DNA from: Diplonema japonicum | Lineage: Eukaryota; Protista; Euglenozoa: Diplonemea | NCBI GenBank assembly: GCA_964019335.1 | Contig: OZ025728.1 | Span: forward strand, 186,001-250,000 | Reading direction: 5' to 3' | DNA: 64,000 nt | Shown here: one piece after another, positions 1 through 11,058 of the stretch | Layout of the letters: each line of letters begins with the position of its first letter | Numbering within the stretch: position 1 is the stretch's first letter | The notes under the pieces: generated by a model | Seen by the model: only the letters and a program-made list of their open reading frames with translations | The model's database searches: none | What the model was told of the DNA's origin: nothing | Program-made: the position numbers and the translations under genes

Positions 1-545
1 GCCAAGAAATGGCACCAAATGGGCCAAAATCTCGGTCTTTTAATGGTTAAAAATTAACTTTCGATAACTGAGTTTAAAAGCTAAGAAGAGAGAGAAAGAC
101 AACTATGGTTTAGCTGAAAAGGAAACGTTTTTTTTTATATATTTTGTTCTTTTTTTTCATTCGCAGAGTCGGAAAAAAATCGGAAAACTCTCGATAAAAT
201 TCCAGCAGCGGGTTTTCACACTGTTCAAAATTCACACAACAGTCATCGTTCTGTCAGGCCCCCCTCCCTTTTTTTTTGGAAGGGAGTTAACCCTTTTATT
301 CTTTTTTTTTAAAACTAAAGTATTTTTTTTTTTTTTTTTTAAATTCCACTTCCCTTGCGAATCCAGAGGGACTCCAAGCGAACTATTGCCACGTGCAAAA
401 AGGGCAAGTGGTCTACAGACCCTTAAAGCCACGGTCATCGCCAACGTGCCGAAAAAAAAGAAAAAAAAAGAAGAAAAAAAAAGGCTAAACACGCACGTTG
501 GTGTGCGCTTCTAAGTTGGTCACGTTTCAGAAGAAGAATCTTAAC

Positions 546-591
546 TGATTTTTGTTTTACAGTAAATAAATTTACTGTAAAACAAAAATCA
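546..591. repeat. Perfect 22-bp inverted repeat
   Basis: tgatttttgttttacagtaaat-aa-atttactgtaaaacaaaaatca. Confidence 0.9.
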
Positions 592-1048
592 CCGGAAGAT
601 AAAATGTCCGGAAGCTCTGGCGGTCCGGATATTTTTTCTTCCGGACATTTTTTTTTCCCAGGACTCCCTTTTCTTTTTTAAATGGCTGGACCAGAAAACG
701 GATGAAACTAGTTTCTGTAGCAAGAGAAAAATCAAACGAAAATCAGAGAGAATTGAATTACGGACTTCTCCAAGAACTAAAAGATACCTCAGATCCTGTT
801 TGCTTCTACCACAAGCTTGTTGAACCGAACCACTCCTTGTGCTTGCTTTAGGGTTGTTCTTGTGCTTTTTATTCTTATTTTCCTAGCTCCCTAAACACAT
901 TCCAGACGCTTAATCTTTCATTAAACTTACTCTTCATTAACCTTTTCAAAAATGCAACAGGGCACTTTGACTAACTGGGTTGGCAAGCGTACCTTTTTTG
1001 GATGACTCCGGCCATCTCACCCCCAGGGAAGTGCAAGAGATCAACACC

Positions 1049-1825
1049 TTGGTATGCGTTCTTTTTCTTTCAAAAGAAAATGAGGTTTTTGCCCTCGTAG
1101 CTCGCCGGGCCAGCACTCTTACTTGCGTAAGGTCTTCGTGCTCTTGGTGGCGCTGCCTGATGTTGTGCCATTGCAGCGCTCGAACAGCCAGTCAGTCGCC
1201 ATGGAGTAGTGATCCTTTAAGGCTCTCCTATCTCCATGCCGCGTGTACTGTTGTCGTCTCTCGACGCCCCCCTTCGCCTTCCAGCCTTCCTAGTCAAGCT
1301 TGGCCATGATCCACGTGTTGTCGAGGATGAGGGCGAACCGGACAAACCGCATGTGATCCCCGAGCTCCTCCGCGGTTTTAGGCTCCTCGCCGAGTACGTG
1401 CCTGCATACTCGTATCATGGCTTCTGGAGTCCACTCCCTAACCTTGACAACCTTGGGACCCCTTTTCGTCTTCTTCCCAGCAGCAGCAGCTGGCCCATGT
1501 TCCAGGTCAACCGGCCTGATCCCTGTGAACCTCTTGGTAAACGTTCTTCTTCTTTCAATCGATTGTTATATGTACTTATAAAATATAAAATATAGCGCGC
1601 ATTCGACGACACTGATCAAGCGACTGGCACCTTCCGAAGAAGGGCCTCCCACGTCCGCCGGGTTGAGCAGAGGATGCCCCGGGGCGGCCGTTCCAGTCTG
1701 ATCATGTCGCACTATAATATATGTTCTCATCTCCAAGGAGAGATGAGGTTTTTTGCCCTCGTAGCTCGCCGGGCCAGCACTCTTACTTGCGTAAGGTCTT
1801 CGTGGTTCTTGGGGGGTGGCGCTGT
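1049..1825 (-). mobile_element. Two PLE-B-type 3' end fragments (1049-1520, 1534-1825)
   Basis: ttggta... terminus and conserved RNA motifs. The - strand encodes EWTPEAMIRVCRHVLGEEP, the B C-terminal domain. Confidence 0.8.
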
Positions 1826-1984
1826 GAACCTCCTGTCTTTGGGGCTGCTAGACTTCCCTATTGTTGGGCGGCGGCTTGTGATGCCATGCTTGGAGCACAG
1901 CTGGTTGGCCCTCTGCATACAGACAGATGTCCGACGCTACCGGCACCCCCTTAGCGAACAATCAGGATCTGGAAAAGTCCGTAA

Positions 1985-3425
1985 TTTTTTTTTTTTTTTT
2001 TTAAATTCCACTTCCTTTTCGACTTGCTAAGGCCGCACCCACTAGGTGGGTTGGAAGGTCTCGAGACGCTCACCCGGTTGCCCGGGTACTCATGACCGTA
2101 CTGGTGTTCTCATTCCACAAGCTTTGCTGGTTGTTTGGCACTTTACACTTTTCTTTTTTTTTTTGGTTACTGCGGGTGCCGGACCTCAGTATCATCATTA
2201 TCAAACCGGCATGCTACTTCGGCAGGTTAGTTGGTTGTTGTGGAGTTGTTGCGGAGGGGGGCAGGTCCCCGGTATCTTCGAGATATTGGATTGCTTTTCG
2301 TGGGTTCTCCACAAGGATGTGTCTCAGCGTCAGGGTGTCGAAGTGTTTGTCCTTGCTTGCTTTGGATGACGGGCAGTCTAGGAAGAGATGTTGGAGGGTT
2401 CGCTTCGTGTTGGGGCCGCACTTCACGCAAATTCGCTGCTCGGCGTATCCCACCTTCAGCAGGACATGGTGCCCAGTCTTCAGCTGGTTGATCAGCACCT
2501 CTTCCTTCCTGTTCAGCCCTTCCATCTTCTTCGGTGCTTCCGTTCTGCCTGCCCACTTATTGTATGTCTTTTCCTTGTTCAACCCTGCTAATATTTCCCG
2601 CTTCCCAGCTTTTCTTAGGTGGTTCTTTGCCGCACCCATGCTGATCTTCTGTGTTGTTTCTTTGTCTCTGCCGTCGCTGGCGAGTTGGTCTGCCTTCTCG
2701 TTTCCTTCTATTCCGCAGTGGCCTGGGATAAAGCAGCATGTGAGGTGGTTTCCTCTCGTTGTCAGCGCGTGTATGTTGTGCCATGCCTCGACCACCATGT
2801 CTTCTTGTTGCCTTGCGGGTCCTTGTCTTAATTTCAGCAGACACGCCATAGAGTCTGTCAGCAGGTTGATCTGCATCCCTTGCATGTCCTCCTTCACGAG
2901 CCTCGCAAGCGCTTTGTTGATTGCGCACATCTCTGCTTGGAAGCTGTCGCGTAGGTCGCCGACGCCTGCGCTTATCTCGGTCGTCGCTCCCTCTGTTCTT
3001 TCTATCACAGCACCCGCACCGCCCTTGCCTTCCTCGACTGACCCTTCGGTGTAGACAGTGATGTCGGCTTTCGGTAGCTTTGCGACTACCTCGAGGGCTG
3101 CTGTTTTTTGTTTCGCTACTTCCAGCCTCTTTACCCCTTCGCCTTCTGTCACGATGTCCAGCCTCTCCAGCGTGTTCCACTCCCACGGTGGGATGGCTGC
3201 CTTTCTGTGCAGCGGCGCTCGCGGGTGTTGCTCCATCTTCAGGCTTTTTTCTCGTTTTCGAGCCTCGTGAAGCCATGATCGCTCTTCCTTTCCTTCTCCT
3301 TGAGCTGCCTGGTGTCCGCTACCAATTCAATTCTCTGATTTTCGTTTGATTTTCTCTTGCTACAGACACTAGTTTCATCTGTTTTCGGGTCCAGCCCTTT
3401 AAAAAAAAAGGGGGGTCCCAGGAAC
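1985..3425 (-). mobile_element. Non-LTR retrotransposon 3' fragment with RNase H (I/Ingi-like) and poly(A) tail
   Basis: ORF 2214-3236 has VYTEGS, SFQAEMCAI, LTDS, FIPGHCGIEGNEKAD (RNase H) and a CVKC..H...C knuckle. Poly(T) on + at 1985-2002. Confidence 0.9.
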
Positions 3426-4291
3426 CTCGTGTGTGTTGTCGGACTTCTCAGCCAAGCTGCTCAGCCGTTTCGATGACGGTCTGCTTCCCCCTCTGCTTCA
3501 GACAAGGTGTCCAGAACCGATTTGATGTACTTCTTGGTTCGGCTGTCTACTGTCGTCCAGTGACCTTGCGCCGTTGTGTCCTCCGGGTACCACTTCTGGA
3601 CATTTTTTTTTTTGTAAATCAGACACATCCTGCTGGCTTGCCAAGCCCACCTCTCCCCTTCTTCTGTTGAGAGAGGCGACCCTCTGGAACATGAACCAGA
3701 CACTGCTGTCACCTAGAAGGCCAACCAGCTGCTTTCACACGTCGCTCTCTTCATGAGGCCCACAGAGCCACGTGCACCACGGTGGCAGCCAGGGCTTCGA
3801 CCCTCTTGGGAGATGGGGCTTCCTCCAGAAGGTTTTTCACCCATCCCGGCATTTTGCTGTTATTTGGGTGTTTAACTGTTGTTTAGGGGGCTTTCATTGG
3901 GGTGGATTCCCATGTCTGCTCCCACTTAGCTATGGCCACAGCTCACTGACCCCGTATGAGGAAGAAGCGAGGCAAGGGGGCAATTACGGTGATGAAAACC
4001 AGTGCCGAGGACGGTGTATTTGTGCGCCAACCGTGGGAAGCACGCGATCTCTTACCGGTGTTGTGGCTGGGGGCACGGCGTTGAAAGCAGCACTTCTATT
4101 CAGACGTGAAGTGTGTGGGTAGGGACTGACCTTCAAGAAGTCGTCTACGGAGTGAGGGGATTTCTTCCCCAAGTATTTTGCTCTGCTGTAAAAAGGAACA
4201 AGAAAAAAGAAGAAAGACTACCTGGCTTCCACATAGGTTAGCACGTGAGTGGCTTGCATCAAGTGGGGTCTTTTTTCTTTTTATATTATTC

Positions 4292-5458
4292 TCAGCACCT
4301 TTTGTTGTGCGAATCTATAGCCCTGTGTACCTCGTGGCTTACATTTCGTCGCTTTATGTCGTTGTACCCTATGTAGCACCGCGTCAACGACAGCCCCAGC
4401 ATGAACAGGTCGGGGGAGGCACGCACTGCTGAAATAGGAAGGCAGCCATGGAGGCCTTCGTTTTTAATGGTGGGGTCCGCTCCCCGGGAGAGCAGCAGAG
4501 AGACGATGTTAACGTCCCTAGTGCGGAAGGCGTAATACAACGGTGTCTTGCCCGCGTCGTCCTTCTCGTTGACGGGAACGCCTCTCTCAAGGAGCATCTT
4601 GACAAGTTTGAAAGCACTGTCTCCGTAACTCTTGCAGGCCTCATGGAGCACCGCACGAGGGATTCCGTTGGTGAAGATGTGGGAAGTTTCTAACAGCGAA
4701 ACCACAATCTTCGGCACATACCGGCAGGTTATGTCGCCAACACTGTCCCAGTCCACAATGCCCACAAAGTCCTCCACAAGGATGTCAAGAATCCATATTC
4801 GCTTGAGTTTGATCAAACAGTGCAGGAACGGATCGTAGTCGTAGGACGTTGACCACACGTCACACGGACTTGCTGAGGAGAAGAAACACTTCACGACTGC
4901 AACAGGCGCAGCACTATAGGTTAGAAGCCTGGCGAAATCATGGACAAAAGCACGGTGTTTGGATAACTTCTTCACGATCTCAATAGAGTTGCGGTTGCAC
5001 TCATCACGGTATAAAGGGTGGCCGGGCTGTGCAATGTACCTCCAAGAGGTTTGTCTCACAAACAGGCTGCACACCCTGAGGCCTTTCAAAGTCTTGGGTG
5101 TCACCTCTGTCTCGTAGAAATCGTCGAGCAAGGCAAAGTTCCGCGCGATTGCCACGGACTCCTCGGTGTCCTTGCAAGTGTGTGTTGTCAGTGTTTTCAA
5201 GTCGATACTCACGCCCAGTCTTTCCAGTTCCGCCTTCGCTCTTTGCCCTGGTTCGGCCTCCACTTGTACGGTGTCGTGTTCTATCATCCCGAAGCTGCTC
5301 AGGTGTTCACCGTCTTGTAGTAAATTCCCTTCGAATCTTAAGGTGCATGATGTCAAATCAAACATATTTTCGACCCTTTTCCTAAGATCCTCCACGGTGT
5401 CCGTTGGGTCAACTTCAACACAGTGCGACACACCTGCCAATACACATTGAATATCCAT
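4292..5458 (-). CDS. Ubiquitin-like domain + ankyrin repeat protein, copy 1 (388 aa from MDIQ)
   Basis: N-terminal UBL pattern (VEVDPTDTVEDLRKRV..LRFEGNLLQDGEHLSSFGM) and C-terminal ankyrin (GKTPLYYA..LLLSRGADP). Confidence 0.85.
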   Translation of the reverse strand: MDIQCVLAGVSHCVEVDPTDTVEDLRKRVENMFDLTSCTLRFEGNLLQDGEHLSSFGMIEHDTVQVEAEPGQRAKAELERLGVSIDLKTLTTHTCKDTEESVAIARNFALLDDFYETEVTPKTLKGLRVCSLFVRQTSWRYIAQPGHPLYRDECNRNSIEIVKKLSKHRAFVHDFARLLTYSAAPVAVVKCFFSSASPCDVWSTSYDYDPFLHCLIKLKRIWILDILVEDFVGIVDWDSVGDITCRYVPKIVVSLLETSHIFTNGIPRAVLHEACKSYGDSAFKLVKMLLERGVPVNEKDDAGKTPLYYAFRTRDVNIVSLLLSRGADPTIKNEGLHGCLPISAVRASPDLFMLGLSLTRCYIGYNDIKRRNVSHEVHRAIDSHNKRC

Positions 5459-6264
5459 ATTTCTTTTGCTTTTCTTTTTGTGATTGTTGGGCCTTGGTAT
5501 CAATAGAAAAGAAAAATGCGTCATGCGCCAAGTTTCACCCATCCTGCGGCGCTGGTCACTCCGCTGTCCTTCAGGACTACTTGGTTTGAAGGTCACGCAG
5601 ATCCTACGGTGCGCCGCTTGGTGCAGTTAATGGTGCAGAAGAATGACGCAATGACTTAGAAGCAAGAGACCGAATTAGCGGCTCTGCGCAAGGAGGAAAA
5701 GATCAGGGTCCCATTTGACCTGGATCTTCGGCGGGTGGTGGAGTAGGTCCCTTACTTGGATTGCCCCTCGGGGGTGGACGGTTTACTGTCCGCGATCGGG
5801 TTGCGTTATGCCAAGCCTGATCTTAAGTTCCCAGGACAAGCAGATCAGCAGGTACCTGTTGTGGATGGACACGCAACCGAGGTGGCCACAACACAGGCTG
5901 TTTCAGGAGCTTTCTTACGGAGTCGCGAAACAGAGCCTGGGTGTGACACGCGACCTTGAACGAAGTCGCTCTGACCCAAGCATAAGTGGACCGCTCGTGC
6001 GCACAAACAAATGAACCTCCAAACTAGTTTTCCATTTTTTTGGGTTTGGCAGGTCCGGGTTTGCGTAACGACACCTCCCCTTAAGCGAGTCATTTCAAGA
6101 AGGTCGAGGAAGAAGCGAGGCAGGGAGCACAATTTTCTTCCCCAAGTATTTTGCTCTGCTGTAAAAAGGAACAAGAAAAAAGAAGAAAGACTACCTGGCT
6201 TCCACATAGGTTAGCACGTGAGTGGCTTGCATCAAGTGGGGTCTTTTTTCTTTTTATATTATTC

Positions 6265-7431
6265 TCAGCACCTTTTGTTGTGCGAATCTATAGCCCTGTG
6301 TACCTCGTGGCTTACATTTCGTCGCTTTATGTCGTTGTACCCTATGTAGCACCGCGTCAACGACAGCCCCAGCATGAACAGGTCGGGGGAGGCACGCACT
6401 GCTGAAATAGGAAGGCAGCCATGGAGGCCTTCGTTTTTAATGGTGGGGTCCGCTCCCCGGGAGAGCAGCAGAGAGACGATGTTAACGTCCCTAGTGCGGA
6501 AGGCGTAATACAACGGTGTCTTGCCCGCGTCGTCCTTCTCGTTGACGGGAACGCCTCTCTCAAGGAGCATCTTGACAAGTTTGAAAGCACTGTCTCCGTA
6601 ACTCTTGCAGGCCTCATGGAGCACCGCACGAGGGATTCCGTTGGTGAAGATGTGGGAAGTTTCTAACAGCGAAACCGCAATCTTCGGCACATACCGGCAG
6701 GTTATGTCGCCAACACTGTCCCAGTCCACAATGCCCACAAAGTCCTCCACAAGGATGTCAAGAATCCATATTCGCTTGAGTTTGATCAAACAGTGCAGGA
6801 ACGGATCGCTGAAGTACGCAGACGACCACACGTCACACGGACTTGCTGAGGAGAAGAAACACTTCACGACTGCAACAGGCGCAGCACTATAGGTTAGACA
6901 CTTGGCGAAATCATGGACAAAAGCACGGTGTTTGGATAACTTCTTCACGATCTCAATAGAGTTGCGGTTGCACTCATCACGGTATAAAGGGTGGCCGGGC
7001 TGTGCAATGTACCTCCAAGAGGTTTGTCTCACAAACAGGCTGCACACCCTGAGGCCTTTCAAAGTCTTGGGTGTCACCTCTGTCTCGTAGAAATCGTCGA
7101 GCAAGGCAAAGTTCCGCGCGATTGCCACGGACTCCTCGGTGTCCTTGCAAGTGTGTGTTGTCAGTGTTTTCAAGTCGATACTCACGCCCAGTCTTTCCAG
7201 TTCCGCCTTCGCTCTTTGCCCTGGTTCGGCCTCCACTTGTACGGTGTCGTGTTCTATCATCCCGAAGCTGCTCAGGTGTTCACCGTCTTGTAGTAAATTC
7301 CCTTCGAATCTTAAGGTGCATGATGTCAAATCAAACATATTTTCGACCCTTTTCCTAAGATCCTCCACGGTGTCCGTTGGGTCAACTTCAACACAGTGCG
7401 ACACACCTGCCAATACACATTGAATATCCAT
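6265..7431 (-). CDS. Ubiquitin-like domain + ankyrin repeat protein, copy 2
   Basis: Tandem duplicate of copy 1 at offset 1973 bp. Confidence 0.85.
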   Translation of the reverse strand: MDIQCVLAGVSHCVEVDPTDTVEDLRKRVENMFDLTSCTLRFEGNLLQDGEHLSSFGMIEHDTVQVEAEPGQRAKAELERLGVSIDLKTLTTHTCKDTEESVAIARNFALLDDFYETEVTPKTLKGLRVCSLFVRQTSWRYIAQPGHPLYRDECNRNSIEIVKKLSKHRAFVHDFAKCLTYSAAPVAVVKCFFSSASPCDVWSSAYFSDPFLHCLIKLKRIWILDILVEDFVGIVDWDSVGDITCRYVPKIAVSLLETSHIFTNGIPRAVLHEACKSYGDSAFKLVKMLLERGVPVNEKDDAGKTPLYYAFRTRDVNIVSLLLSRGADPTIKNEGLHGCLPISAVRASPDLFMLGLSLTRCYIGYNDIKRRNVSHEVHRAIDSHNKRC

Positions 7432-7500
7432 ATTTCTTTCCCCCCCCTTTTTTTTTGTGATTGTTGTTGGGCCTTGGTACCAACAGAAAAGAATAATACG

Positions 7501-8259
7501 TCATGCGCCAAGCTTCACCCATCCTGCGGCGCTGGTCACTCCGCTGTCCTTCAGGACTACTTGGAAGGGTCGGATATTGCCGGATGTTGCGAAACGAATC
7601 TCTGCAATGTCCGCCGCGCAAAGCTCCTTCTTGTAGCTGATGCTCAACGAGAGGACAGCAGGCGGTGTGGCAGCCTGCGCTTCCAACGCGTCCGTTAAAA
7701 GAGTGAGGTACTGCGACTGGTTCATGTGAGAATTCCAGTCACAGTCCGAAGGGCGGACTGTGAACGAATAGATGAAGGCGTCCACGAGAGCAGGTGGCGC
7801 GCTGAACGGCACACCTGAAGTTACCAGTGCTGCCTCGAGCGACTCACGCATTTCAGGGGAGATAGACGAGGATTTCCGAGTCTCGGGGTTCACAAAAACA
7901 TAGGTTACAGTGTTTGTTGCTTGCAAGGGCTTGTCTTGAACGGTAAAAGTAAGCACCGATTTTAGTGTGAATGATGAGTTTCCGATTCTTATGACCTGGA
8001 GCCTGCACGTGGCCTCAACGCCGTGTGGGATCGCCTGTCTTCCTATCTTTGGTATCGCTTCGTCAGTTTCCACTTCTTGGCTCACTACGAATGCTGTTTC
8101 GTTCCTCTCTCTTGCCCTCTTCATCCCCAGCCAGCCTTCTTCAAACGCGGCCCACCGCCCGCTTGCAAACATCCTCAGCAGCTCCGCAACCGGCAAGCCC
8201 TGTGCCCTGTAGCTGCTCCTTCCCTGCACTTTCACTTCGGCGATTTTTTGAGCTTCCAT
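7501..8259 (-). CDS. Double-hotdog thioesterase (acyl-ACP/acyl-CoA thioesterase-like)
   Basis: VIRIGNSSF and VRPSDCDWNSHMNQSQYL motifs; 252 aa. Confidence 0.75.
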   Translation of the reverse strand: MEAQKIAEVKVQGRSSYRAQGLPVAELLRMFASGRWAAFEEGWLGMKRARERNETAFVVSQEVETDEAIPKIGRQAIPHGVEATCRLQVIRIGNSSFTLKSVLTFTVQDKPLQATNTVTYVFVNPETRKSSSISPEMRESLEAALVTSGVPFSAPPALVDAFIYSFTVRPSDCDWNSHMNQSQYLTLLTDALEAQAATPPAVLSLSISYKKELCAADIAEIRFATSGNIRPFQVVLKDSGVTSAAGWVKLGA

Positions 8260-8566
8260 GGTTTTTGGTCTTTCTTTTTTTCTTTTTTTTTTCCCCGTCC
8301 GGCTTTTAGGTGGCGTTAAGCGTACGAAGCACGAACTTTCTAAAAAAAAAAGAACTAAAAAAAAGAATTCACTGTCTGTCTGTTTGGGCCGTGCGTCTTC
8401 TGTTTTCTCGTCGATAATCCTTGGCTACCCAACAAGGAATGAAAAACCCGGCCTACCGAGGCATATTAATTACCTTTTACTTCACGGGGAAAATTAGGCC
8501 ATTCACCGCGAAGTAATTTTCAGAAAAGAGAGTGAACTAGCAAGAAACAAAGGAAAAAGGAAAGGG

Positions 8567-8609
<43 letters not shown>

Positions 8610-8998
8610 ACATTTAAGGGTACCTGCGGTATGTGGCAGGACGCCTGAAAAAAAAAAAAAGAAGAAGAATTGTCGCACATTTCTTTCACGCACCTTTGTG
8701 TTTCTTCTTATGCACCGACAGCTTATGCCTGTTTAACCCTTGCTTGCTTACATAATCAACGACCTCCTTCCCTGCATTCACACACACAGCACAAACATGC
8801 CCTTGCAGTTTAGTTTCGTTTCCTGTTGTACTCATATCTTTACTCACATCTGACATCCCCCCTCCTTTGACAAGTTTTTCTTCTTTTAAAGAGCGGGCCT
8901 CCAACACCCACGTATCAGGAATTAACGAAGGGGGGGGGGGGGGGGGGGGGAGGGTCTATCTTTTGATGCTCCATTTTTTTCTCGGAGCCGAAAACGCT

Positions 8999-9391
8999 TC
9001 AATTGGCAAGACCTGAGATCAGGCTGGGGTTGGTGTTTAACATCATTTGCAAGATTCCCGCCTTCTCGGAGTTTTCCCTACCGTCCGTTTTTATGAAACG
9101 CGAGGCAACACCAATTTCGACAGGGACGCTGTAGCCCAGCTCCTCTAACTTTAGAACGTCGCGCTTGATTTCCACTATGACTTCGCACCCTGCGTGTAAG
9201 GCAAGATCCCGCAGGGCGTGTTCATCATTCAGCTCCTCGCCCTCCAATATCAAGTCGAAGTAGCCTTTCCTGTAGTTTATATGCTTTCCCACCTCTTCCT
9301 TCACTTCCGATATGCTCATGTTGCAGCCTAGGTCCAAGCCCAGCTTACCTTTTTCATGCGAAAAAACCAAATCAACTGTGCCCCCTGACAT
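8999..9391 (-). CDS. Short ubiquitin-like domain protein, possibly a truncated UBL-ankyrin family member
   Basis: SISEVKEEV..LILEGEELNDEHALRDLAL, then LEELGYSV, paralleling LERLGVSI in the neighbouring genes. Confidence 0.55.
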   Translation of the reverse strand: MSGGTVDLVFSHEKGKLGLDLGCNMSISEVKEEVGKHINYRKGYFDLILEGEELNDEHALRDLALHAGCEVIVEIKRDVLKLEELGYSVPVEIGVASRFIKTDGRENSEKAGILQMMLNTNPSLISGLAN

Positions 9392-9779
9392 GTTGTGTAC
9401 CTCAAGACGTATGGTGTGGTGTGGTGTGGTGTAACGTATAAAAAAAGAATTAAAGCAAAATGGTGGAAATAAGAAATTAAAATACCCCCTCTCCCCCCCA
9501 TATATATATTTTTATATATAGCGTTTTGATATCTTGGCGGGCCGTTGCTAACCACTTCGTTCCTATCATAGTGAATTTTTTTTTCTTTCCTTTCGTCATC
9601 TAGTCAGTCCGGGAACTGGATGATGTAAAAAAAAGAAAGTTTTTAAAATTTTCACTTCCAGGATTAATTAAATTAAAAAAAATATCAAATACCGCCCCGC
9701 CACTTCTTACGCGTCGCCTTCTGATTGGCAGGCTAGATGGTTGTTGTGGAGTTGTTGAGGGGGCTATTCTACTGTTTTT

Positions 9780-10690
9780 ACTGCGGTGTCCACTCGTGTA
9801 TGGTGCGTCCTTCTGCAGGGCCATCATGTGCGCCCAGTAAAGTGGTGGAAAAAAAGCCCTCAGTAGGCAACTCGGCTCATGTTGAAATACTCCGGTCGGA
9901 CCCCGTTATGACAACGGGTGCAGTTCATACCCATGATGACATGCGAAGACATACAAAGTTCAACTTGAATTTGTCACTAAGCTGTCTAAACAAGACTGCT
10001 GTTAGGAGTTAGGTTCAATCCACCCTGAAGAATCTCTCCGCCATAGAATCATCAAGCATTTTCATAACGATGAAGAGACCCGCCTACGGCCGCTTTCCAA
10101 CTCGCTATGACACGGACGCACCTCAGGTGCGTGCTGTAACAGGAAGTGCACAAAATCAAGTTTACCACAAAAAACACGCCAAACCGAAATCCTATAAAGA
10201 TATACTCACCCTGAATAATCAGTCTATACGAAATATAAAAAATCAGTCCATCAAGCGCTATAACACCCACAACCCCCACCCGTTCAACCACGGCGCGTTG
10301 ATCAGATCGCTCCCCAGAGAGGAAGTTATCCGCACGATCTGCAACGCCTACGGTGCAGGTGTTAGAAAGGTCCTCTCGTACGCGATGGACGCCGACCGCC
10401 GGTTGGAGTGTCGCGTGTCCCATGCAATCCCGAGCCCGATGTCCTGATGGGCGGACTGGGTTCATACCGTAAGCTGGGCGGCCCCAGGGACCGTCACTAG
10501 GGCTCCAATCGTCTGGTGGATGCCCAGGGGGCCCCCTGCCGAATCGGGCGTCGCCGCCCCGACTCGGACTAAAGATGGCTCCACAGCCGACGTCGATTCC
10601 CTCTGGGTGCTGATAACCGGTTGGAGTGTCGCGTGTCCCATGCCAGACGGCATCGGTGTGTCAATCCCGTGCCCGGTGCCGCGAGTTTGC
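9780..10690. mobile_element. Third A-related PLE remnant with inverted halves
   Basis: The + strand carries the 5' UTR and MKRPAYGRFPTRYDT ORF start (10070-10385). It joins - strand MGHATLQP-repeat C-terminal pieces (10385-10690). Confidence 0.75.
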
Positions 10691-11058
10691 GGGTTTGCGG
10701 TTTTTATTCTTGCGGTGCCATCGCCGTCATCTCTGCCTGATGTGTTTAAGCGTTGTAAATGTAAAGGGAAATAAACTTAGCTTTTAGGCGCACTTTCACA
10801 TACTGCCCTGTGTTATAGCGTTAAAAAGTAGTACGTGCGAGCTTTGGGAGGTGTTGCCAAGCAGGGAATTAAAAGTTCGTAGCCACCCAGAAGCTTTTTC
10901 CCCCTTGCCGGGCTAAAAAATACAAAAAAAAAAAAAGACTTTCCTCCTATGATCCTACGCACTGTACTGTACCTCCCCATGAAAAAAAAAATGCCGGGAA
11001 AAAAAAACCCCCCCTGGATAATCTATTTACTCGGTTCCTTCTGATGACGCTTCTTCTC

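Noticed and set aside
1049-1060. TTGGTATGCG as a spliced-leader RNA exon/intron junction
   Set aside because: No SL exon upstream; it is the PLE-B terminus and varies between copies.
2092-3054. Long + strand ORFs (e.g. 2092-3054, 13563-14387, 27288-28145, 59500-60369)
   Set aside because: Antisense shadows of - strand coding sequence, with no recognisable motifs.
658-3425. ~110-bp inverted repeats (660-770 / 3323-3422) as DNA-transposon TIRs
   Set aside because: The right arm appears to be LINE sequence upstream of RNase H. No TSD or transposase is visible, so this is more likely two opposite LINE fragments.
4292-5596. 434-aa extended version of UBL-ankyrin copy 1
   Set aside because: The extension is the duplicated intergenic region and thioesterase 3' end; copy 2 supports the MDIQ start.
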